Notes under the pieces: model-generated | Seen by the model: the letters and a program-made list of their open reading frames with translations, nothing else | What the model was told of the DNA's origin: nothing | The model's database searches: none | In this document: in pieces, positions 26,740 through 34,263 of the stretch | How positions within the stretch are numbered: the stretch's first letter is position 1 | Layout: every line of letters starts with the position of its first letter | Source: Verrucomicrobiota bacterium | GTDB lineage: Bacteria; Verrucomicrobiota; Verrucomicrobiia; Chthoniobacterales; UBA10450 | Length of the DNA: 64,000 nt | Direction: 5' to 3' | Assembly (NCBI GenBank): GCA_003219175.1 | Contig: QHPU01000057.1 | Span: forward strand, 2,474-66,473 | Position numbers and translations under genes: made by a program

Positions 26740-28722
26740 TTACAAGATTTCCACCGGGCACTTCGGCAGCGCGCTCATGAAGGCTCGGCCGTACGGCTTG
26801 GTAACAATTCGATTATCAAGAATCACGATGATGCCGTGATCACTTCTCGTCCGGATGAGTCGGCCCACCCCTTGTCGCAATTTCAGGATCGCTTCCGGAA
26901 GCGAGTATTCCGTGAAAGCATCGCCACCCTCTGCTTCGATGCTTTCCAGTTTTGCTTCAATCAAAGGATGATCCGGCACGGCGAACGGCAGCCGCGTGAT
27001 AATGACATTGCGCAGCGCGTCACCGGGCACATCAACCCCACCCCAGAAACTGTCGGTCCCAAAAAGTACGCTGCGCGGCGTATTCTTAAACTGCTCGAGC
27101 AATTTCGTCCGGGGCATGCCGCCGCCTTGCACCAGCAGATTCAAATCATGTTCCGCGCAAAAATTTTCCATTCGCACAGCTAGCCCCTGCATCGGCCGAT
27201 AATTGGTGAACAAGACAAAGGCGTGGCCGTCGGTTTTCCCGACGAAATGTTCGATCCAATGCTCGAGCGCGTCTTCGTAGCCGTCCTCGCGCGGGTCCGG
27301 CATTTTGCGGACGACGAACATTTTCATCTGTTCATTGAAATTGAATGGACTGCCGAGCTGGAGCGGCACGGCTTCTTCTGCGCCCACGCGTTTTCGAAAA
27401 TAGGCCAGATCTTTTCGTCCTACTCCCAGAGTGGCGCTGGTCATAATGCAGGTGCAGCCGTCACGAAAAAGGATTTGCCGCAAAGCTGGCGCAATATCGA
27501 TCGGCGCGGCGTTGAGGGTGAGGAGTTGTCCGATTTTACCGGTCCGCTCCACCCAGTAAACGTGATTGCGGGCTGATTGTTCGAGGAAAATTTGTATTCC
27601 GCGACGCGCCTCGAAAAGGCGTCGGCCAAGCTCCTGCAGTTCGGACTTCAACATTTCGTCATCCTGACGTTTGACCACCTCCGCCACGCGTGACTGCAAT
27701 GCAATCAGACGCCCCGTAATGCTGTCGGACACTATATCCGGTAGGCGTACTCGGAACTCGCGGCCTTTGCGAAAATCACAGCGCGTTCCTAATGCTTCAA
27801 AAAATTGATCGACCTCTTCGACAATTTCCGCAGCCAGTCGCACGCCCTCAACGTCGCGCGTTACCGTAAACAGTCCTTTTTTAGAGCGCGCGTTATAGAG
27901 CCGCTGCACCGTCGCGCGTAAGAGATATTGCGAGACGACCGTCCCGATCTGACGCGAAGCGATTTGCTCAACCGTGTGCGCTTCGTCCAAAATCAAAAAA
28001 TCGTCGGGAAAGAGAAATCCGCTTTCACGTTCCATCTGCTCCTCGACGCCTCCCAGGAGCATGAACAGCAGCGTGTGATTGATGACGACGACCTGGGCGT
28101 TCTCGAATTTCCTCCGGGCGCGCTGATAAAAACAGCGATCGCTTTGCCCACACGATTTCTTGGTACAAATGTGGGCCTCGCTACAAACCTGTGCCCAAAC
28201 TTTTGCGTTCGGCTCGAACGACAAATCGCTGAGTGTACCGTCTCGTGTTCGCGCCGCCCACGCAGCAATCTCTTCCAGCTCATTCTGCTCCGGGCCGGTG
28301 AACAGATCGTTCTGCTGTTCGCGCGCGCGCAAAAGCCGGCGCGGGCAAATGTAATTTTGGCGGCCTTTGATCAGCGCCGCATCGAACGTCTCTGCGAGAA
28401 CTTTTTGCAGAATCGGAATGTCTTTGTAGAGAAGTTGCTCCTGCAGATTGATGGTGTGCGTCGAGATGATGGCCTTTTTCTCTTGGTCGAGCGCAAACCG
28501 AACCGCAGGACCCAGATAGGCTAGCGATTTACCCACGCCGGTGCCCGCTTCGACGACTAGATGGCGTTCCTCCTCCAGCGCACGTGCTAACGCCACTGCC
28601 ATTTGTTGTTGCTGCGGACGTCGCTCGAAATTTTTCGCCTTCGCCAAAAGCCCGTCCGCCGAAAAGAGCGATGCCGTCCATTCCAAGAAATCCGAGTCAA
28701 TGGAGTCGCGCAGCGCAATCAT
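26740..28722 (-). CDS. dinG: DinG/XPD-family ATP-dependent DNA helicase (Fe-S type)
   Basis: EAGTGVGKSLAYL (Walker A), DEAHTVE (DEAH box), and a Cys cluster ICPRR..VCSEAHICTKKSCGQSDRCF. Confidence 0.8.
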   Translation of the reverse strand: MIALRDSIDSDFLEWTASLFSADGLLAKAKNFERRPQQQQMAVALARALEEERHLVVEAGTGVGKSLAYLGPAVRFALDQEKKAIISTHTINLQEQLLYKDIPILQKVLAETFDAALIKGRQNYICPRRLLRAREQQNDLFTGPEQNELEEIAAWAARTRDGTLSDLSFEPNAKVWAQVCSEAHICTKKSCGQSDRCFYQRARRKFENAQVVVINHTLLFMLLGGVEEQMERESGFLFPDDFLILDEAHTVEQIASRQIGTVVSQYLLRATVQRLYNARSKKGLFTVTRDVEGVRLAAEIVEEVDQFFEALGTRCDFRKGREFRVRLPDIVSDSITGRLIALQSRVAEVVKRQDDEMLKSELQELGRRLFEARRGIQIFLEQSARNHVYWVERTGKIGQLLTLNAAPIDIAPALRQILFRDGCTCIMTSATLGVGRKDLAYFRKRVGAEEAVPLQLGSPFNFNEQMKMFVVRKMPDPREDGYEDALEHWIEHFVGKTDGHAFVLFTNYRPMQGLAVRMENFCAEHDLNLLVQGGGMPRTKLLEQFKNTPRSVLFGTDSFWGGVDVPGDALRNVIITRLPFAVPDHPLIEAKLESIEAEGGDAFTEYSLPEAILKLRQGVGRLIRTRSDHGIIVILDNRIVTKPYGRAFMSALPKCPVEIL

Positions 28723-28764
28723 GACGTTAAATTAGAGCCTACCCCAACTCGTTGGGAAAGCGTT

Positions 28765-29898
28765 GTGAAGTTATTTGATCGATATATCACCCGGAACTTC
28801 CTGCAGGCTTACCTTTACTGCATCGTCGGGTTCATTGCGATCTGGCTGATCTTCGATGTCAGCGACAGCATTTCGACCTTCTTCGACCTCCACTTCACTC
28901 TCGGGCGCGTCCTGGAATTTTACGCGACCCAGGTCCCACAGATTCTGGTCATCCTGCTGCCAGTCGCGCTCCTTCTCGCCCTCCTTTTCGTTCTCAGTCG
29001 TATGTCGCGCGCCAATGAGATCGTCTCCATGCTGACTGCTGGCACCAGTCTCATCCGCATCCTCACGCCCCTCTTTATTCTCGGTATTCTGACAACGGCC
29101 GCTTGTTTCGCACTAAACTATTCGGTGGCGCCCCACGCCGAAATGGCGCGAAAAATCTTCCTGGAGGAAGATAAAAGTGCTAGCAGCGGCGAAGGACAAA
29201 TTTTCCGCAACCGGCGGGACTCACGCACCTGGTTCATTCAACGTCTCCACCCAAAATCCAACCGGGTCGATAATATCGAGGTGCTGCAACAAGATTCCTC
29301 CGATCACGTCACCGTGGCTTTTTTAGCCGAACGCGCGGAGTTCGACCCGCGGGAACATGCCTGGACGTTGTCGCAGGCGAAGATCGTGCACTACGATGAC
29401 GCCGGTAATATTACTTCCGAATCGATAGAGCCGAGCGTGATCATCCGGCATTGGAGCGAAACACCCTATCGTTTGCGCAGTGCCAACATGCGCGCCGAAC
29501 TGATGAGTCTTCCGGAATTGCGGGACTACTTGACCTTCAACTCCGATTTTCCCGGCACGTTGCTCGCGCCTTTTCGGACACATTACCATTACCGAATTGC
29601 GCTGCCGTGGACATGTCTCGTCGTCGCGCTTATCGCCGCGCCGCTGGGGGTTGGTTTTTCACGCCGCGGTGTTCTTGCCAGCGTCGCCACCGCCATTCTG
29701 CTCGTCTTCGCATTGAACTTTTCCACGCACTTTTTCCTCGCTCTAGGCGAAGGCGACCGTATTCCCGCCTGGATCGCCGGTTGGGCACCTGCCATCGTTT
29801 TTGGAACAATCGGACTGTATTTGCTGCAATTGCGCACTTCCAATCGCGATCCTTCCGACTTTCGCTGGCTTCTGCCGCGCCATATACTTGCGCGATGA
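28765..29898 (+). CDS. LptF/LptG-family LPS export permease
   Basis: VKLFDRYITRNFLQAYLYCIVGFIAIWLIFDV, six TM segments and a large periplasmic loop. The GTG start at 28765 is preferred over the ORF-track start, which overlaps dinG. Confidence 0.75.
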   Translation: MKLFDRYITRNFLQAYLYCIVGFIAIWLIFDVSDSISTFFDLHFTLGRVLEFYATQVPQILVILLPVALLLALLFVLSRMSRANEIVSMLTAGTSLIRILTPLFILGILTTAACFALNYSVAPHAEMARKIFLEEDKSASSGEGQIFRNRRDSRTWFIQRLHPKSNRVDNIEVLQQDSSDHVTVAFLAERAEFDPREHAWTLSQAKIVHYDDAGNITSESIEPSVIIRHWSETPYRLRSANMRAELMSLPELRDYLTFNSDFPGTLLAPFRTHYHYRIALPWTCLVVALIAAPLGVGFSRRGVLASVATAILLVFALNFSTHFFLALGEGDRIPAWIAGWAPAIVFGTIGLYLLQLRTSNRDPSDFRWLLPRHILAR

Positions 29899-30407
29899 TA
29901 AATCCACTGGCGGCCGATTGGCCGATCAAGCAGCGCTCCGAGATTTGCAGCGCCACCCATAGACCGTTCGCGGCTGGGGAACTTTTCTACACCCTGCTCT
30001 ATCGCGAAGGCGACGGCTTCCGGCGCGAAGACTTGAGTGAAGAAGCCTGGCGCAATCGCAATGAAAACATCCAGCCGTTTTCATTTTGGAAAACGAAGTT
30101 CGAACCGGCGCCGCCGCCGGCTCCCGACGCGCTGCCAAAGGAAAACGCAGAGCAACTTTTCCGCCGCCTCATAACGCAGCCGGAGCCCCCGGCAAACGCC
30201 TGCTTTGTTCTAGCCGTCATGCTCGAACGCAAACGCGTCCTCAAACAAGTGCGCACAGAAATTGCCAAGGGTGATCGCCTGCTTATTTACGAGCACCGGG
30301 AAAATGGCGATGTCTTCATTGTGCGCGACCCGCAACTCCGTCTGAGCGAATTGGAACGCGTTCAGGAGGAAGTGGCAACGCTGCTGCGCGGCGGCGCAGC
30401 AACATAA
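29895..30407 (+). CDS. conserved hypothetical protein (170 aa)
   Basis: Its ATG overlaps the lptF/G stop (ATGA). MINPLAADWPIKQRSEICSATHRPF.. No family recognised. Confidence 0.55.
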   Translation: MINPLAADWPIKQRSEICSATHRPFAAGELFYTLLYREGDGFRREDLSEEAWRNRNENIQPFSFWKTKFEPAPPPAPDALPKENAEQLFRRLITQPEPPANACFVLAVMLERKRVLKQVRTEIAKGDRLLIYEHRENGDVFIVRDPQLRLSELERVQEEVATLLRGGAAT

Positions 30408-30519
30408 GGCGACTGGAAGTCAGGCATCTTGGCTGACTCGGCGAGCGGACATCCTGTCCGCTCTATAAGGTCTTTGCTGGGAGCCAAATGAAATGATTAA
30501 AAGAATGCGCCAATAGCCT

Positions 30520-30576
30520 TTCGTCATTTAACATTCGTCATTCGTTTGTCATTTGTCATTCGTGTTTCGTCATTCT
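30520..30576. repeat. degenerate heptamer tandem repeat (CGTCATT)n
   Basis: ttCGTCATT TAACATT CGTCATT CGTTTGTCATT TGTCATT CGTGTTT CGTCATTc, lying in the spacer upstream of dus. Confidence 0.75.
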
Positions 30577-30637
30577 TAAAAAGCATTCACCCTTTTCTCC
30601 GCCTGCACTCGGGCCGGTTTTGTGAGAAAATATTGTG

Positions 30638-31756
30638 ATGTCCACCACCCTGCCCTGGTTCAATGCTGCCTTCCCTCTCTATCTCGCGCCGATGGCGGGC
30701 GTGAGCGACAAGATTTTCCGCCAGATCTGCAAACGCTACGGCGCCGATGTTCTTGTCACTGAATTCGTTTCCGCTGAAGGCATCTTTCGGCGCAACGAAC
30801 GCACCCGCCAATATCTTGATTTCGACGACCGCGAACGGCCGCTCGGGGTACAGCTTTTCGGCGCTAATCCAGCTCACATGGCACAGGCTGCCAAGCAGGT
30901 GGTTGATTGGGTTGGCCCCGATTTCATCGATCTGAATTTCGGCTGCCCCGTTAACAAAGTGGTCGCGAAAAATGGCGGCTCCGCTCTGCTGAAAGATTGC
31001 CCCACCCTCAGCAGCGTGGCCAAAGCGGTAGTGCGAGCGGTCGCGCCTTTGCCCGTTACAGCAAAAATTCGAATTGGTTGGGATGCTAATTCCATCAACG
31101 CGGTGCGCGTCGCGGAAATTCTGCAGGAGTGCGGCATCGCGGCTCTGGCCGTGCACGGCCGGACCCGCGCACAAGGTTATTCTGGCGAAGCAGACTGGCG
31201 CGTCATTGGCGAAGTAGCGGAAGCGGTGACGATACCGGTAATCGGCAACGGCGATTTGTTTTCCGCCCAGGAAGTCGCACGTCGGCGCACTGAAACGAAA
31301 ATTGCCGGCGTAATGATCGGTCGCGCGGCCATGAGCGCACCATGGATTTTCCGGCAGATCAAATATTATCTGGTAACGGGCGAGCCGTTGCCCGCGCCAG
31401 AGTTATCAGAGCGTTGGAATGTGATCATCGAGCATTGCCGCCGTCATGCCGACGATTGGGGCGACGAGGAACAAGCCATCCGTTCCATGCGCGCACACTT
31501 GATGGCCTACTCAAAAAATTTTCCAGAAGCGAAAGCGTTGCGGGAAAAGTTCCAGCACGTTTCGGCTGTCGCCGAGATCGAGGACATTGCGGAGGCGCAC
31601 CAAAGAGCGTCCAGGGAATGGTTGCTTCCAAACGCCAGTCCCCTCCGGCCTGGATGCCCTCCGGGCAGGAAGCGGGCTCGGACCTGCCGGCAGATGGCGC
31701 ACGGCAGCACGCAGCATGTTGAACTTCAGTCCGATAGCGTGATTATAAATTCGTGA
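30638..31756 (+). CDS. dus: tRNA-dihydrouridine synthase
   Basis: LAPMAGVSDKIFRQICKRYGAD, LNFGCP, AVHGRT and GNGD. There is an unusual C-terminal tail of about 40 aa. Confidence 0.85.
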   Translation: MSTTLPWFNAAFPLYLAPMAGVSDKIFRQICKRYGADVLVTEFVSAEGIFRRNERTRQYLDFDDRERPLGVQLFGANPAHMAQAAKQVVDWVGPDFIDLNFGCPVNKVVAKNGGSALLKDCPTLSSVAKAVVRAVAPLPVTAKIRIGWDANSINAVRVAEILQECGIAALAVHGRTRAQGYSGEADWRVIGEVAEAVTIPVIGNGDLFSAQEVARRRTETKIAGVMIGRAAMSAPWIFRQIKYYLVTGEPLPAPELSERWNVIIEHCRRHADDWGDEEQAIRSMRAHLMAYSKNFPEAKALREKFQHVSAVAEIEDIAEAHQRASREWLLPNASPLRPGCPPGRKRARTCRQMAHGSTQHVELQSDSVIINS

Positions 31757-32163
31757 GCGAAACCACGCCCCAAGACACCGCCGGTCCGGCTCGGACCGCC
31801 AGTCCGGATCGAACTGGAATTAAGATCGGCAACGAAAAGTTGATCCGCGTCACGGAAAATGCCGCGCGTCGCCTGAGTTCCCTGCTCGAGAAACAAGGGC
31901 GGCCCGAAGGTGCTTTGCGCCTGGCCGTGATCGGTGGCGGTTGCTCGGGTCTGCAATATAAAATGGACCTAGTAGAAGGCCCTGCCCCACGGGATATTCT
32001 GGTTCATTCTTCCAATGTCCGGATCGTAGTCGATCCCAAGAGTGCGTTGTTCGTCAGCGGCTCGACCCTAGATTTCAGCGATGATCTGCAAAAGGGGGGG
32101 TTTAAAGTCACCAACCCAAACGCCACCTCACATTGCTCCTGCGGCGAAAGCTTCGCCGCGTAA
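31753..32163 (+). CDS. iron-sulfur cluster insertion protein (IscA/ErpA/HesB family)
   Basis: GGGCSGLQYKMDL and the C-terminal NPNATSHCSCGESF. Its GTG start overlaps the dus TGA. Confidence 0.8.
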   Translation: MSETTPQDTAGPARTASPDRTGIKIGNEKLIRVTENAARRLSSLLEKQGRPEGALRLAVIGGGCSGLQYKMDLVEGPAPRDILVHSSNVRIVVDPKSALFVSGSTLDFSDDLQKGGFKVTNPNATSHCSCGESFAA

Positions 32164-32253
32164 AGGAATAGGCGGGATTGTACCGAATAAGAAACGAATC
32201 CCGTTCTCCCGTCCATGTCCAAAATCGTTTTCTTCCATTAGTGTGGTTCATGC

Positions 32254-32277
32254 GCTTCGACGCTTTAACGTTTCAAC
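32254..32277. repeat. half-array (3 units, one orientation) of the 8-nt unit (element E3)
   Basis: gcTTCGAC gcTTTAAC gtTTCAAC, ending 7 nt upstream of the lexA operator. Confidence 0.6.
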
Positions 32278-32284
32278 GCATTAG

Positions 32285-32298
32285 TGTTCATTTGAACT
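32285..32298. promoter_or_regulatory. LexA operator TGTTC-ATTT-GAACT upstream of lexA
   Basis: 13 of 14 positions match TGTTC-N4-GAACA. It lies 33 nt upstream of the lexA ATG, consistent with autoregulation. Confidence 0.65.
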
Positions 32299-32330
32299 TG
32301 CCTTTGCCATAAACGGCGCCATCTTGCCGC

Positions 32331-32972
32331 ATGCTGACCGATCGCCAGCGAAACGTGCTTGATTTCATTCAGAGTGAACAGCGCGAGAAAGGCATCACCC
32401 CAAGCACACGCGAAATCCAAAGTCATTTCGGTTTTGCCAGCCAGACGTCAGTGATGCAATACATCACCACCCTTGAGCGTAAAGGATTCCTCGATCGGCA
32501 TGCGCGCAAAGCACGCGCCCTTGTTACACCGGTCCAAAAGGTCCGCATCACCGATATCCCCATCTACGGACAAATCCCGGCCGGCATGGCAACATTGACC
32601 GAGCAAACCGTACTGGGCCATGTCTCGCTCGATACCCGCTCCGCCAATGCCTCGAAAAATGCACGCATTTTTGCGCTGAAAGTGCGCGGCGATTCCATGA
32701 TAAACGCCCACATCCTAGATGGCGACATTGTGATTTTGGACGATCGCAAAGAGGCTAAGAACGGCGACATTGTCGCAGCGTTAATCGACGGCGAGACAAC
32801 ATTGAAGCGTTTCGTCACCGAACACGGCCGCCCCTATTTGCGGGCCGAAAACCCGCGCTATCCCGATCAACGACCGGCCCATGACCTACGGGTCCAGGGT
32901 GTCATGGTCTCGCTTATTCGCCGCCAAGCCAGTGGGGGAATAAAGCCGGTTTCGCCCGCGAAACGAGGCTAG
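32331..32972 (+). CDS. lexA: LexA repressor
   Basis: N-terminal wHTH (LTDRQRNVLDFI..REIQSHFGFASQTSVMQYITTLERKGFL), Ala-Gly cleavage site (IPAGMA), and the catalytic Ser (GDSM) and Lys (TLKRF). Confidence 0.9.
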   Translation: MLTDRQRNVLDFIQSEQREKGITPSTREIQSHFGFASQTSVMQYITTLERKGFLDRHARKARALVTPVQKVRITDIPIYGQIPAGMATLTEQTVLGHVSLDTRSANASKNARIFALKVRGDSMINAHILDGDIVILDDRKEAKNGDIVAALIDGETTLKRFVTEHGRPYLRAENPRYPDQRPAHDLRVQGVMVSLIRRQASGGIKPVSPAKRG

Positions 32973-33012
32973 GAACACAGGCAGGGCAAGTGCTCCATGT
33001 CTGTGTAAATAA

Positions 33013-33026
33013 TGTTCACTTGAACA
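33013..33026. promoter_or_regulatory. LexA operator TGTTC-ACTT-GAACA upstream of imuA
   Basis: Exact match to TGTTC-N4-GAACA, 28 nt upstream of the imuA ATG. Confidence 0.7.
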
Positions 33027-33053
33027 TATTACCACTCCATGTCATGCTGAGGT

Positions 33054-33683
33054 ATGGCGGCGACCCAGCGTATCATCGATCTCCGCAAACTTCTCACAGA
33101 ACGCTTCCAGCAACCGCCCACTCTCACTGGCGGACAAATCAACGTTCCTCTACTTGAGCAGACGCTTGAGGGCGGTCTGCGCAAAGGCGCAATCACGGAA
33201 ATCATCAGCCCAAATCCGAGCGCCGGCTCGGCCTTGCTCATTCACAGCTTGCTCCAAATTGCGCAACGCGATCGTTTTTTCCTCGCGCTCATTGACGGAC
33301 GGGATTCGTTCGATGTTTACGATGCCGGCTCTTTGCAACATTTGCTCTGGGTCCGTTGCGAAAAGGCAAGCACAGCCGTCAAAGCCGCCGATTTTCTTTT
33401 GCGTGATGGCAATTTCCCACTGGTAATTCTCGATCTTGTTTTGAATCCGGCGGACGAATTGCGTCGCATTCCGGCGACCAGCTGGTATCGCCTGCAGCGA
33501 TTGGTCGAACCGACGCCGACTGCCTTTGTGGTAATAAGCCGCCATAACATGGTCGCGAGCGCGCGGACCAAGATTGTGCTCGAGAACCGCTGGAGCCTCG
33601 CCGATTTGTCGCGCGACAATCCGAGCACGCAATTGCATTTCAAAGTGAGGCGGGCAAAGGCAATCGCCGTAGCTATTGGATAA
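33054..33683 (+). CDS. imuA: ImuA (RecA/SulA-fold translesion-synthesis accessory protein)
   Basis: LEQTLEGGLRKGAITEIISPNPSAGSALLIHSLL.., FLALIDGRDSFD and LVILDLV. Its position between lexA and imuB also fits. Confidence 0.7.
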   Translation: MAATQRIIDLRKLLTERFQQPPTLTGGQINVPLLEQTLEGGLRKGAITEIISPNPSAGSALLIHSLLQIAQRDRFFLALIDGRDSFDVYDAGSLQHLLWVRCEKASTAVKAADFLLRDGNFPLVILDLVLNPADELRRIPATSWYRLQRLVEPTPTAFVVISRHNMVASARTKIVLENRWSLADLSRDNPSTQLHFKVRRAKAIAVAIG

Positions 33684-33684
33684 A

Positions 33685-34242
33685 ATGTTCGCCACCATTT
33701 TGCTGCCAAATTTTTATCTGCAAGCGATCGCGCGCCATCAACCGAAGCTGCGTGCCCAACCACTCGCTGTCCTCGACGACACCGTCATCAAAGCGGTGAT
33801 CCTGCAATTAAACGAAGCGGCGGAAAATGAAGGTGTTCGTGCGGGGATGGCTCCGAGCCAGGCCCTGGCGCGTTGTCTTCATCTCGTAATCAAAGCGCGC
33901 GCGCGCGACTGCGAGCAACAAATCAGCGACATTCTCCTGCATCACGCTTTCATGCTCTCGCCCTTCGTCGAAGCGACCGCCCCCGGCGTTTGCACCGTCC
34001 AATTCATGGAATCCTGTAGCTCGGACCGTTGGTCCCGGGAAAATCCAGATGCTCTCACCGAAAAACTGGGCTGCGTCATCGATCTCCTGGCCCGCTGCGA
34101 TCTGGTCGCCCGCGCCAGCATCGCCGAAAACCCCGACGCCAGTTTTCTCGCCGCTCATCGTGCCGAACCCGTCACCCACGTCACCGAAACCAAAGCATTT
34201 CTCGCCCCGCTCTCGATCGAAACGCTCCTCATGGAAGCTTAA
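33685..34242 (+). CDS. imuB: ImuB N-terminal fragment (palm/fingers only, 185 aa)
   Basis: MFATILLPNFYLQAIARHQPKLRAQPLAVLDD.., GVRAGMAPSQALARC and ..FLAPLSIETL is the N-terminal half of an ImuB/DinB-like fold. It ends 21 nt before the stop of the convergent TPR gene. No thumb or little finger follows. Confidence 0.65.
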   Translation: MFATILLPNFYLQAIARHQPKLRAQPLAVLDDTVIKAVILQLNEAAENEGVRAGMAPSQALARCLHLVIKARARDCEQQISDILLHHAFMLSPFVEATAPGVCTVQFMESCSSDRWSRENPDALTEKLGCVIDLLARCDLVARASIAENPDASFLAAHRAEPVTHVTETKAFLAPLSIETLLMEA

Positions 34243-34263
34243 AAACAAACTGATCCGCCAATT

